Source: Euryarchaeota archaeon UBA462
GTDB taxonomy: Archaea; Thermoplasmatota; Poseidoniia; Poseidoniales; Thalassarchaeaceae
Direction of reading: 5' to 3'
Assembly: GCA_002506755.1 (NCBI GenBank)
Contig: DAYD01000018.1
Coordinates: 37,118 to 101,117 of the forward strand
Length of the DNA stretch: 64,000 nt
A program made the translations under genes and the position numbers. Each line of letters opens with the position of its first letter. Positions within the stretch are counted from its first letter, which is position 1. Positions 17,819 to 26,724 of the stretch are shown piece after piece. The notes beneath the pieces were generated by a model. That model was not told the DNA's origin, ran no database searches, and saw nothing but the letters and a program-made list of their open reading frames with translations.

Positions 17819-19624
17819 CTATGCGGCCCCTGTTTGGAACAGCCCTACGGACTGAGTCAGAATCCAAGCACTGAACAGGTTTGCAAGTCCTGCTACCCAC
17901 ATCATTTGTATCATTTGGCCAAGAACAAGAGTTGTACCACCACCTCTTATTCTGGCGGTTATTAGGCCAAGAACGACAATTGATAGTACGATAAGAAACG
18001 AACCCATGTACTGGAACACCCTGATGTTTTGTTCTACGCCCCCAGTGTCTGAGAGTACTGGTAGAGCAACGTCTACTCCTCCTGCGGCTGTGCCTGTCTC
18101 ACCAGCGCTATCGACCAGTCCCTGTGCTACCTGTGCTATGGTCTCCCCCAATCCTGCGATAATGGAGGTGGTTATGTTCAATGCGATAATCATCGCGATA
18201 AGGAGGCCATACGAGACGCTTCTCATGACGCTAGCTGATATCTCCCTCCTCTGTCGAAGCCCCAAGAGGTTTGTAGTGCTCTGGGAGACCATGTCTCCCA
18301 CCAGACCAGCCTCCCCAGTTGATGATGAACCCTCAATGAAGACCCGGGTGAACCTGGATACTAACATAGAATTGTTATCTGCGGCGAACCAGTCCCAAGA
18401 ATAGTCGCTGTCGATCCTCATTGAGAGTCGCTTCTCTAGGTTTGCAATTGAGTCGTCTAGAGCCCCAAAATCGATACCAGATAGCGCCTTTACCATTGCG
18501 CTTGGCTCCTGTGCCCTTGCCTGTGCCGTTCCGCCGAAAGCACGGATGAATTCTGGGAATGCCTCGTCTCTCCTTCTCACCCTAGTTTCCTCTTGAAGGG
18601 TCAGCATCGCCGGTGCAAGTAGGGGGGATGCTAGGGCTGCGATTACCAGAAGTCCGATGTAGTTCCAGTTGTCGGTTAGCCAGGAGGTGCCAGTGAATAT
18701 GAAGAGTCCAATCAGTAGTAGAAACTCCATGGTACCGAGCACAGCGGCGAATATCCATGCCCTCCGCATGTCGATAGCCTGTTCTGTGTTGAATCCATGC
18801 TTGGCGAAGAGATCCTCGTCTGGAATCACGAGCGTGAATAGGTACCAAGCGCCGATCTGCAATAGTCCGAACAGAAGGCCTGCTAGGAGGACCCACCTTG
18901 CTCTCAGGATAATTTGAAATGGGTTGTTTGTTTCATCACCAGTCTGAAAGAGGATTAGATGCAATCCGGCTACTACCAGTAGAAGAAGACCCGTGGTAGT
19001 AAGAGAGACGAATGTCTCCCTGAGTGTGTCAAGTTGTTCTAATCTGGCATCATAGATAGTAGTAAATGCCTGCTCGAATGTCTCGTTCTCGCTAGTGAAG
19101 AACTCACCAATAGGCTGTCCGACCTCCACAGAGAAAGCCATTCTGTCAAGGAAATCGCTCCAAATTGCCGATGGGCTCTGCCGGCCAACGATCCTAGCGG
19201 CCTCTGGAAGATTGGTGTGCCATTTTGTCACAAGAGTCTCTATTGCTTGAATCTCAACTGCCAAGGCGCCGTAGTCTCCCATTTCCTTGAGAACATCGAA
19301 CATCCCCTTTTCGGCTGACTCACCCATAGATAGTATCCCCATCCTAGTCATGAACATGTGCATGTCCTGCTCGATTTGTATTGCCTCGGCGGAGACCTGT
19401 GCTATTGGGAACAGGATCGTAGCAGCGAGGGCGAGTAATGGGAAAATCAGAATCAGAAAGGCAGCTCCAAGACCGGAAACCACATCGCTTACTGTGTACC
19501 AAACTGTAATTCCAGCAATGAGTCCGATAATTGTAGCTGGGAGGCTGAAGAACAACAGGTACCTGGTGAAAGGCATCCCTAGTCTGAGCAGGGCAATCTC
19601 CCAGGTGCTTGCCTTGTCCTCCAT
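17819..19624 (-). CDS. arlJ: archaellum membrane platform protein ArlJ (FlaJ)
   Basis: 601-aa polytopic protein directly downstream of arlI, with a two-domain TadC/GspF-like layout. Confidence 0.85.
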   Translation of the reverse strand: MEDKASTWEIALLRLGMPFTRYLLFFSLPATIIGLIAGITVWYTVSDVVSGLGAAFLILIFPLLALAATILFPIAQVSAEAIQIEQDMHMFMTRMGILSMGESAEKGMFDVLKEMGDYGALAVEIQAIETLVTKWHTNLPEAARIVGRQSPSAIWSDFLDRMAFSVEVGQPIGEFFTSENETFEQAFTTIYDARLEQLDTLRETFVSLTTTGLLLLVVAGLHLILFQTGDETNNPFQIILRARWVLLAGLLFGLLQIGAWYLFTLVIPDEDLFAKHGFNTEQAIDMRRAWIFAAVLGTMEFLLLIGLFIFTGTSWLTDNWNYIGLLVIAALASPLLAPAMLTLQEETRVRRRDEAFPEFIRAFGGTAQARAQEPSAMVKALSGIDFGALDDSIANLEKRLSMRIDSDYSWDWFAADNNSMLVSRFTRVFIEGSSSTGEAGLVGDMVSQSTTNLLGLRQRREISASVMRSVSYGLLIAMIIALNITTSIIAGLGETIAQVAQGLVDSAGETGTAAGGVDVALPVLSDTGGVEQNIRVFQYMGSFLIVLSIVVLGLITARIRGGGTTLVLGQMIQMMWVAGLANLFSAWILTQSVGLFQTGAA

Positions 19625-19636
19625 GATACCACAGCC

Positions 19637-21382
19637 TCAGTGGTTTATCCCAGTCCAAGTGTCAAGAGAAGAGGCGAATCTGTCCCAGCCTTCCTTGAAA
19701 TATATGTCCAGTAAGTCGAACACGTCATCGTAGTGAGTTAGGTCCCTGTCTACCATCTTCTGGATCGCGTCGGTCCTCCTCTGGAGCTCGTCATAGATGT
19801 CCCTCTTACTTCGGAAACCCATTCTGGGGGCGATCTTGTTCTCCAGCATGTCGGACTGGAACATCCCTCTGAAGTAGACCTCGTCGGCTACTGGGTCCCA
19901 CTCGAACATATTCCTAGTCAGAATGCCATCCGCGGTCTTGTCGAAGCCAATTACCTCGCTGACGCCTGTGATTCTCCTTGCAATTCCTCCTCCAGGGGCC
20001 TCGACGACCTCTTGGAAAATTGCGAAGTTCAGGTTATCGAAGAACCGTGCTGGCACGTTGATCGGATCTCCTGTGAACCTCTGAATCAGCTTCACTATGT
20101 TTGATGCGTGGAATGTTCCGACGACAGGGTGTCCAGTTTGCATGGCTTGGAACGCGATAGCCCCCTCCACCCCTCTGATCTCGCCGATAATGATGTACCT
20201 AGGCCTAGACCTCAACGCGGCCTTCAAAAGATCGAACATTTCTACTCGAGAGTCCTCATTCTTTGAGTCCCTGGTGATTAGTCTCTGCCAAATTGTGTGA
20301 GCGACCTTCACTTCAGGGGTGTCCTCAGCGGTGTAAATCTTGACGTTGTGGTCAATGAATGGTAGAACTGCGTTTAGGGTTGTTGTCTTTCCAGATGCTG
20401 TTTCTCCCGATACCAGCATAGACATTCCACTCTCCAAACCGAGCCATATGTATGCGGCCATCTGCGACGAGAGAGTCTTCCATTTAATCAGCTGGATAAT
20501 GGAAATCGTCTCCTCTGCGAACTTCCTAATGGTGAAAGAAGAGCCTTGAATTGAAACGTCGTCGCTATAGATAATGTTGATTCTAGACCCATCCAGTAGA
20601 GCCCCGTCAACGATTGGCTTACTGTCCGAGACTGGTCTTCCTATCCTCTCAGACATTGATCGCAGGTACTTAGTAAGGAGTTCCTGATCCCTGAAGGATA
20701 TATTTGAGGTAAGCATTGGGAATACCTTGTGATCCATGTTGATTGCAGATAGTCCTATTGAGTGTATATCCTCGAGCATCTCGTCGGCTAGGAGTGTCTC
20801 AAGGGGTCCATTATTGACTAAGTCTCGGACGACGACATACTTCAATCGGGCCAACTGCTCTGGTGTGACTTGTATTCTTGCTTCCCCTAGCCCGATGAGC
20901 TCTCTTGCTTGGTCGACAACTGGGTTAGAGAACAATGAAGACGAAGTCGTCGTCATCTCATCCATCATCTCATGGATCATCGCGATGAATTCATTGTCAT
21001 CTTCGAACCTCTCCTTCTGGGGTGCATCTCTCAGAAGCCTCTCTACGATTTGGTCTCTTATTACCTCCTCTTCCGATGTAATGGTCGGTTCTAAGCCGAA
21101 CCAGAAGGTGTTGCCAGCTCCTTCCGCTCCTTCGGGAGGGGCATACACGTGTGCGAAACAAGGGGGTTTTGTGGCGTAGATTAGGTTTCTTGGGCTCACG
21201 CTTTTTGCATCTCTGTCGAGTGGCCCGTAGTATATCGGCCTCGAGCCGTGCTTTGCCTCAAACTCCTCAACCCATGTTCTGATGTGCGGGTATTCGGCCA
21301 TAAGGCCCCCAAGGTCACCAGGCTGGATGTTAAACTCCGGCTCTTTTGGGCCTTCTTCCCCCGTCTCCTGTTCCGTAACCAT
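19637..21382 (-). CDS. arlI: archaellum assembly/motor ATPase ArlI (FlaI)
   Basis: Walker A SGETASGKTTTLNA and GspE/VirB11-type secretion ATPase boxes (IIIGEIRG). Confidence 0.92.
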   Translation of the reverse strand: MVTEQETGEEGPKEPEFNIQPGDLGGLMAEYPHIRTWVEEFEAKHGSRPIYYGPLDRDAKSVSPRNLIYATKPPCFAHVYAPPEGAEGAGNTFWFGLEPTITSEEEVIRDQIVERLLRDAPQKERFEDDNEFIAMIHEMMDEMTTTSSSLFSNPVVDQARELIGLGEARIQVTPEQLARLKYVVVRDLVNNGPLETLLADEMLEDIHSIGLSAINMDHKVFPMLTSNISFRDQELLTKYLRSMSERIGRPVSDSKPIVDGALLDGSRINIIYSDDVSIQGSSFTIRKFAEETISIIQLIKWKTLSSQMAAYIWLGLESGMSMLVSGETASGKTTTLNAVLPFIDHNVKIYTAEDTPEVKVAHTIWQRLITRDSKNEDSRVEMFDLLKAALRSRPRYIIIGEIRGVEGAIAFQAMQTGHPVVGTFHASNIVKLIQRFTGDPINVPARFFDNLNFAIFQEVVEAPGGGIARRITGVSEVIGFDKTADGILTRNMFEWDPVADEVYFRGMFQSDMLENKIAPRMGFRSKRDIYDELQRRTDAIQKMVDRDLTHYDDVFDLLDIYFKEGWDRFASSLDTWTGINH

Positions 21383-21391
21383 TCATCCACC

Positions 21392-22093
21392 TCATGCCAC
21401 CGCAGTGATGTCCACAATGAATCCCATCTCGGGCATCACCTTCCAACCTATCCTTTCCGTGACTGGACCTGCAGCTCTGAGAAACCTAGTCACTCCAACG
21501 GTCCTTACAAGCTGTCCGCCGACCACTGCTGTCATTAGATCAAGAAGAACTTCTGCCGAGTTCTTCATGTCCCTCAGGGTGTCGTGGTCCATCTCATCTG
21601 GGTCAATTGTTAGAATCAAGGTTCGGCCCTCAGAAGTGAACTTGCGGAGTCTTGAAAGAAGCTCCTTGCCCCCCATTTCAGGAGGCATTAATTCGGATGC
21701 TCTGTCGATGATCACTACCTCGGCCTCCTTGGAGGGAGCTGTCTCTAGAAGGTCTAGTAAGGTCACTTGGTCTTCAGACTGGTCTGCAAGCACACCAAAG
21801 CTAGATATCAGATGGAATGTGCCTTCGTCAATTCTCTTGTCCATGTAGTATCCGATGCTTGAAACTTGCTCTAGCCACCCTCTAGTTGTTAGCTCGGTGG
21901 TGTACATGGCGACCTTGACATCGTTTGCGGTCATTCCAAATGACATTCTCTGTCCAATGATGCTCTTGCCAGATCCTATCCCTCCACAGACTAGCATAAG
22001 GGCGCGATTGGGTATGGCTGTCCCCATGCTCTGCCCGAGGCTGTCCTGAATAACTCCGAAGTCGAAGTTGTCAACGTTACTAGGGGACGACAA
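21392..22093 (-). CDS. arlH: archaellum RecA/KaiC-like ATP-binding protein ArlH (FlaH)
   Basis: Walker A CGGIGSGKS, 233 aa, positioned between arlG and arlI. Confidence 0.85.
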   Translation of the reverse strand: MSSPSNVDNFDFGVIQDSLGQSMGTAIPNRALMLVCGGIGSGKSIIGQRMSFGMTANDVKVAMYTTELTTRGWLEQVSSIGYYMDKRIDEGTFHLISSFGVLADQSEDQVTLLDLLETAPSKEAEVVIIDRASELMPPEMGGKELLSRLRKFTSEGRTLILTIDPDEMDHDTLRDMKNSAEVLLDLMTAVVGGQLVRTVGVTRFLRAAGPVTERIGWKVMPEMGFIVDITAVA

Positions 22094-22565
22094 TTCTTAC
22101 TTCCTCCGTGACTGTGTATGACCCGGTGTAGCCGGATGCGGTGGATGAGACTGAAAAGGTCAGTAGAACGTCATGAGTTCCCGACGCATAGCTAAGCCCG
22201 CTTGCTGTGCCATCAATATTCAAGTTCAGGTTTTGTCCAGGGAGCCACTGAGTCTCGCTATTTGGAAGCGTTACTGCCATATTGCTACCCTCCAGCAATA
22301 CTCCTATGGCGTTCACGTCCAAGAAGGTCTCGCCTGAGTTCTGGAGGTATATGTTGGCGCTATCGGTTGCAGTGTCCCACTGTATGTATCTGGGATCACT
22401 CACCAAGGAAGCTCTGGTCCTGACGTCCTCAGCTCCCTGTTTGCCTCTTTCATCAAGTATATCGTCCATGTCATTCCATGTCTGAAGTAGGACTCCGGAG
22501 ACTATTGCTGCTACAATAAGTCCAGCGCTCAAAAGTATTAGTTCCGACGGTCCGCTTCCAGCCAA
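22080..22565 (-). CDS. arlG: archaellum stator-like protein ArlG (FlaG)
   Basis: An N-terminal hydrophobic helix followed by a beta-rich domain. The F versus G assignment comes from the canonical euryarchaeal order B-(C/D/E)-F-G-H-I-J. Confidence 0.55.
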   Translation of the reverse strand: MAGSGPSELILLSAGLIVAAIVSGVLLQTWNDMDDILDERGKQGAEDVRTRASLVSDPRYIQWDTATDSANIYLQNSGETFLDVNAIGVLLEGSNMAVTLPNSETQWLPGQNLNLNIDGTASGLSYASGTHDVLLTFSVSSTASGYTGSYTVTEEVRIVVP

Positions 22566-22574
22566 CTTTTCACC

Positions 22575-23273
22575 TCATGATACAGTTATTGTCTCCGCGT
22601 CATTGTAGTCGTATATAGCAAGGAAGGCTCGATCGGGGTCGGCCCCAATCGGGAAGCCGTGGACACTGAGGTCAAGAGGGAAATCGTCCGTCGTTAGCGA
22701 TTCTCCAGGGAATAGGTACAGGTTAGGTCCATTGTAATGGTTCACAAATGGTGCGAATGGAAGACCGGTCGAGTCCTCCTCTGTGTTCGAAAATGTCACG
22801 TAGATGTGCGATAGGTCGATTGTCTCTGAACCGGAGTTGATAATCGAAATGTTGTTTTGGTCGTGTATGTCATTAATATTGACTTGAGCTGAAGAGCCCC
22901 CAGATGGGCAATCTACGTCTCTGGTCGCTAACTCCGTATAGCCACTTCCGGCTGAGGTTATCGTGACGCTGGTGATTTCCCCAGAGCCGCCAACTGCAGT
23001 TGTGAATGTTAAGCCAGTTCCTGTAGCTCCGGAAATGGTGCAGATTTCAGCCACGTAGCCGCTACCAGGGGTGGATACTGACAGGGATTCGACAGGGCCT
23101 GTAGACATCTCCTGATCGAAAACAGAGACTATTTCCACCTTCGGATCTGGGAGATCGTAGTCCGCATTCCTTACAGATTCGTCTACGCTTTCCACCATAG
23201 TCACAGTTGCCATCCCGAACACCATGATGAACACGGTGCCGACTACCATCGCGCCTACGCTAGACCCGGACAT
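22575..23273 (-). CDS. arlF: archaellum stator-like protein ArlF (FlaF), with a Gly/Thr/Ser-rich insertion
   Basis: An N-terminal hydrophobic helix followed by a beta-rich domain. The assignment is positional. Confidence 0.55.
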   Translation of the reverse strand: MSGSSVGAMVVGTVFIMVFGMATVTMVESVDESVRNADYDLPDPKVEIVSVFDQEMSTGPVESLSVSTPGSGYVAEICTISGATGTGLTFTTAVGGSGEITSVTITSAGSGYTELATRDVDCPSGGSSAQVNINDIHDQNNISIINSGSETIDLSHIYVTFSNTEEDSTGLPFAPFVNHYNGPNLYLFPGESLTTDDFPLDLSVHGFPIGADPDRAFLAIYDYNDAETITVS

Positions 23274-23285
23274 CCAATCCCCCCC

Positions 23286-24104
23286 CTAGGGAGTCCCCTG
23301 GGCCCTCCAAGCCTCGATCATGGCTGCGAACGTCAGGAGCGTCCTGTTGTTTACGGCGGGAGTCCCCTCTGAGGCTTCGCCGGGCTCTGCCAAGGTGGCA
23401 ATCGAGATTAGCGCCTTCTCCTCTGCCGCGGTAATGACTCCGGACTTTGATGCGGCCTTCAAGAAGTTCAAAGCATCCGCGCCATTCATGTGATCTAGCA
23501 GAAGAGCCACGATTTTGGTTGGATCGACGTTTGGGCCATGCATAAGTGCCTCTTCCTCCGAAGTCTTGAGGAAGGGGTTGACGGCTAGGGATTGTGCCTC
23601 ATAGAGGTCCAGAAGACTGGGTCCACCGGGTTTCCCAGTACCTGACATGGCATCGCTCGAAGGTGGTGCGCCGTCTACAGGTCTGCTTGTGACCTGTCCA
23701 TCGTCTCCTACAGTATGGATGACATCCTGAGAACCTCCCCCTCCGTCTCCTACGGATGCGGTGCTGGCGGCGGACTCTGCCGCGATCTTTGCGGTCTGCT
23801 GAGCAGTCATCTTGATGTTCGCCTCCATCATGTCCATAGCCGTCTCCAGCCTTTCGAACCTGTCCTTTACCATTTCCACGAGCTCTGGTATCTTGTCCTG
23901 GTTCTGATTTCCCTGAGGGTCACCGAGGACTCCTACCCTAGTCCCAGAGGGGGCGAAAAGCCATGCCTCGAGATCTGTAGGCCTGAACTCTGTTGGTATG
24001 TCGACGTGCTCTACTGACAACCTTGCGACCTTATCCAGTCGTGATGCCATGCCAGAATCGGCGTTGGTGTCACTAGAGGGCTTGAATTTGTCCAATAGAC
24101 CCAT
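23286..24104 (-). CDS. hypothetical protein occupying the ArlC/D/E position of the archaellum operon
   Basis: 272 aa with no TM segment. It has a coiled-coil-like centre (VEMVKDRFERLETAMDMMEANIKM), a Gly/Ser/Pro-rich linker and a helical C-terminal domain. I recognise no family motif. Confidence 0.6.
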   Translation of the reverse strand: MGLLDKFKPSSDTNADSGMASRLDKVARLSVEHVDIPTEFRPTDLEAWLFAPSGTRVGVLGDPQGNQNQDKIPELVEMVKDRFERLETAMDMMEANIKMTAQQTAKIAAESAASTASVGDGGGGSQDVIHTVGDDGQVTSRPVDGAPPSSDAMSGTGKPGGPSLLDLYEAQSLAVNPFLKTSEEEALMHGPNVDPTKIVALLLDHMNGADALNFLKAASKSGVITAAEEKALISIATLAEPGEASEGTPAVNNRTLLTFAAMIEAWRAQGTP

Positions 24105-24155
24105 TCTTGCACCTCATGCAACCATCTCCGCGCTATATTCTAGCTCTAGCGAGCC

Positions 24156-24881
24156 TCACATTATCGAGGTTCCCAGCTTCACCGAGTCTATCGAGAGCTC
24201 GGTCAGGGTCTCGCCGCCGCCATCGACCACGAGCCTCATGTTTAGGGTCGTTCCAGGGACCGCCATTACGTCGCACCCTGCTGGGTTAGCAGCGTCTGCG
24301 ATGTCAGCAGAGTCGATCTCGTCTTCTGAGTCGCCTGTATTGTCGAAGTCGGCGAGGGCTAGTGTGATTTGCCCCTTGTAGGAGGTTCCTGCTGTGAGTT
24401 CCGTTCCAGCAGGGATTGCGGTTCCATCCAAGTCAGTCACGGTAAGTGTGTCCGATTCGACGACTACTTGGTCAATAGCTGACTCTGCACCGGAATTCTC
24501 CGTAGCGGAGATGGTGCCATCTCCGTTGATGTCAGTTTTGAGCCTGCACGAGATATAGTACTGGATGTCGCCCTGCTGGACTCCTATCGAACCAGATGCA
24601 ATTCTTACGAATATGTCCATCGATTTGAGGTGGGTGTCACCGTTTGCTCCCAGGTTGTCCTCTGATGCTGATACGAACACATCCATTATCGAGACCTTAC
24701 CAGAGATCTGCTCTCTGGTGTCTGAGCTGGTGTTTTCGGCGTTCTGTTGTAGCTCCTCTGCGGTCTTGATGATGATCGTCGATGCCACTGCGGCTACTAG
24801 GATCAGGGCAATGAAAACAATCATCGCACCGATACCGATTGACCCCTCGTCACGTCTGTGGATGTTCATTTCAGACTCCAT
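24156..24881 (-). CDS. arlB: archaellin (ArlB/FlaB), copy 2
   Basis: Class III signal peptide and conserved hydrophobic N-terminus (MESEMNIHRRDEG/SIGIGAMIVFIALILVAAVAS). The ATG overlaps the upstream stop (TGATG), with GGAGGTGA 4 nt upstream. Confidence 0.9.
   Translation of the reverse strand: MESEMNIHRRDEGSIGIGAMIVFIALILVAAVASTIIIKTAEELQQNAENTSSDTREQISGKVSIMDVFVSASEDNLGANGDTHLKSMDIFVRIASGSIGVQQGDIQYYISCRLKTDINGDGTISATENSGAESAIDQVVVESDTLTVTDLDGTAIPAGTELTAGTSYKGQITLALADFDNTGDSEDEIDSADIADAANPAGCDVMAVPGTTLNMRLVVDGGGETLTELSIDSVKLGTSIM
24784..24854 (-). repeat. 71-nt block identical to 25488-25558 (archaellin N-terminal coding region)
   Basis: Direct comparison of the two gene 5' regions. Identity ends at 24855/25559 and at 24783/25487. 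Confidence 0.9.
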
Positions 24882-25591
24882 CAGATCACCTCCTTACCGG
24901 GTACGATCGACTCGATCTTCATCTCTGTGATCGTGGTTCCGCCCTCTTGTACGATCATCTTCAGGTTCAAGGTTTCGCCGACCCCTGCGAGGGTATTGCA
25001 CTGTCCACCCTCATCCAATTCGAGGGCGCCACCTCCATCGTCATCCCAGACCTCGTCGTCGTTGCTAGCCGTACCGTCTGTGCTCTTGTCGAGATCTATC
25101 TCAAACATGAATGACGTTCCCGCCGTCAGTTCGTCATTAGCGGCGAACCTTGTGCCATCCAATTGCATAGCGTTTGGATCGGAGTATCCCGAGCCGCCAT
25201 CTTGGGCTTCTCCCCAGGCGCCGTCGGTACCGAGGTTTCCGGTGACCACACCGTAGTTGGTATCGTCACCGCATGTTATCAGCCATTCGATGTTGTTCAC
25301 CAATACGTCAGTGGAACCCGATGCGACCTTTGCTGTGACAAGTAGGGAGTTTATGTCAGTAGTTCCTGTGGTGTTAACCAGTATCTGAATTATGCTGATT
25401 TTACCCGAGATTTCCTTCCTTGTGTCGTCGCTGGTTGCCTCTGCGTTCTGTTGTAGTTCTTCGGCGGTCTTGATAATGATCGTCGAGGCCACTGCGGCTA
25501 CTAGGATCAGGGCAATGAAAACAATCATCGCACCGATACCGATTGACCCCTCGTCACGGTTTATGTCTACTCTTTGGTATTCTTCGCTCAT
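24881..25591 (-). CDS. arlB: archaellin (ArlB/FlaB), copy 1
   Basis: Same N-terminus as copy 2 (MSEEYQRVDINRDEG/SIGIGAMIVF...). I chose the start at ATG 25591, which is preceded by AGGTGA at 7 nt. The longest ORF extends to 25672. Confidence 0.88.
   Translation of the reverse strand: MSEEYQRVDINRDEGSIGIGAMIVFIALILVAAVASTIIIKTAEELQQNAEATSDDTRKEISGKISIIQILVNTTGTTDINSLLVTAKVASGSTDVLVNNIEWLITCGDDTNYGVVTGNLGTDGAWGEAQDGGSGYSDPNAMQLDGTRFAANDELTAGTSFMFEIDLDKSTDGTASNDDEVWDDDGGGALELDEGGQCNTLAGVGETLNLKMIVQEGGTTITEMKIESIVPGKEVI
25488..25558 (-). repeat. 71-nt block identical to 24784-24854
   Basis: See the partner entry. Confidence 0.9.
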
Positions 25592-25653
25592 ACGCGTGTC
25601 ACCTGTGCCCCCTTGTGGATGCTTTTCACTTATCATGTTAATGGAAAAATCGG

Positions 25654-25662
25654 GTTTATTTA
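25654..25662 (-). promoter_or_regulatory. TATA-like box (CTAAATAAA on the minus strand) upstream of archaellin copy 1
   Basis: This is the only AT-rich TATA-like element in the 89-nt gap 25592-25680. It lies about 65 nt upstream of the ATG. Confidence 0.25.
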
Positions 25663-25680
25663 GATGGCTCAAAACAATAG

Positions 25681-26724
25681 CTAGCTACCTATTCCCACGG
25701 CGTCGTTCAGGTTGAGTGTCTCCACAGGGACATGAACAACATCCCCAGGGCCGATATTCTCGATAAGTGGTAGTCTAAGTGTTTCGAAACCCTCGGGCAT
25801 CCAAGGGTCGAGTAGTATTCCTTTCATCGTATTCGGAGTCCTATTCTCTACTCTTGATTGTACCTTTAGTTGGCCATAGTTTGCAAGATAGCCTGTGGTT
25901 ATGTTCAAGCTTGTTCCTAGGAGTGAGGTCTGAGGGAATGATCCTGAGGGCCTTATTTCCACACCGATCTCGATAAAGCCCTCTGGGGGTATCTCCGGAA
26001 TCTCACACATTTTGGGGGTAGCTGACCATCCGTAAGGTACAGGGGGTGCAAGCCTCATCGTGGAAATATTGTTATCTCCGATGTTTTCTAGCGTTATCAC
26101 CATCAATCCGTGGTCCCTACCTTCGGGCCAAGTAGTTCCAACCGACATAAAGAAGCTGTTGACTAGAAAGGGGCTTGCCGCCTCACTGACTGCTACCGGG
26201 CCCAGAGCCCTGATCGCGTCTTCAAAGGCCTTAGCGGCAGCTGCCAAATCACTATCGAGGTTCCTTTTCCCTTGATTAACAAGCGTAAGTGCGATATTCT
26301 CTATGTCACTTAGCTCACCCATTTCGTTCAAGTGTCTTCCCAATGTAGAAAGGGATCTCTCTAATCCATCCTTTCCCATTGAGGCTACTGCACCCTCTAC
26401 GCAATCTGCGGCTGCCCCCCAATTTCCTTCCCTTAGGTGCTGAAGCCCCAACATTGTGAGATCCCATGCATTGCGATCTCCCTGGGACAATTCCTCGAGC
26501 TCCTCAAGGGACCTCTCAAGAGATGACAGGGCCCTGTAAAGATCCATGATCTGCCCTTCAGCGTCATCTACCTCTTTCGAGAGGTTCTTTAGCAGCTTTC
26601 TAGCGCTAACTGGACGGTTTGACCAGATCGCAAACTGAATGTTCTGAGCCTCTTCCTCTATGTAGTCGATCTTCTTGAGAGTGGCCTCAGCACCACCGAT
26701 AGCTGGAGCCTTGTTTCTTGCCAT
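25681..26724 (-). CDS. hypothetical protein: helical N-terminal domain plus two CARDB/NEW3-like beta-sandwich segments, no signal peptide
   Basis: ITLENIGDNNISTMRLAPPVPYGW and LIENIGPGDVVHVPV strand motifs. There is no N-terminal hydrophobic segment. The ATG abuts the stop of the upstream 1731-aa gene. Confidence 0.6.
   Translation of the reverse strand: MARNKAPAIGGAEATLKKIDYIEEEAQNIQFAIWSNRPVSARKLLKNLSKEVDDAEGQIMDLYRALSSLERSLEELEELSQGDRNAWDLTMLGLQHLREGNWGAAADCVEGAVASMGKDGLERSLSTLGRHLNEMGELSDIENIALTLVNQGKRNLDSDLAAAAKAFEDAIRALGPVAVSEAASPFLVNSFFMSVGTTWPEGRDHGLMVITLENIGDNNISTMRLAPPVPYGWSATPKMCEIPEIPPEGFIEIGVEIRPSGSFPQTSLLGTSLNITTGYLANYGQLKVQSRVENRTPNTMKGILLDPWMPEGFETLRLPLIENIGPGDVVHVPVETLNLNDAVGIGS

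Noticed and set aside
24784-25558. CRISPR-like or mobile-element repeat (the 71-nt perfect direct repeat).
   Set aside because: Only two copies exist, and both lie in frame within paralogous archaellin genes. They encode the conserved N-terminus.
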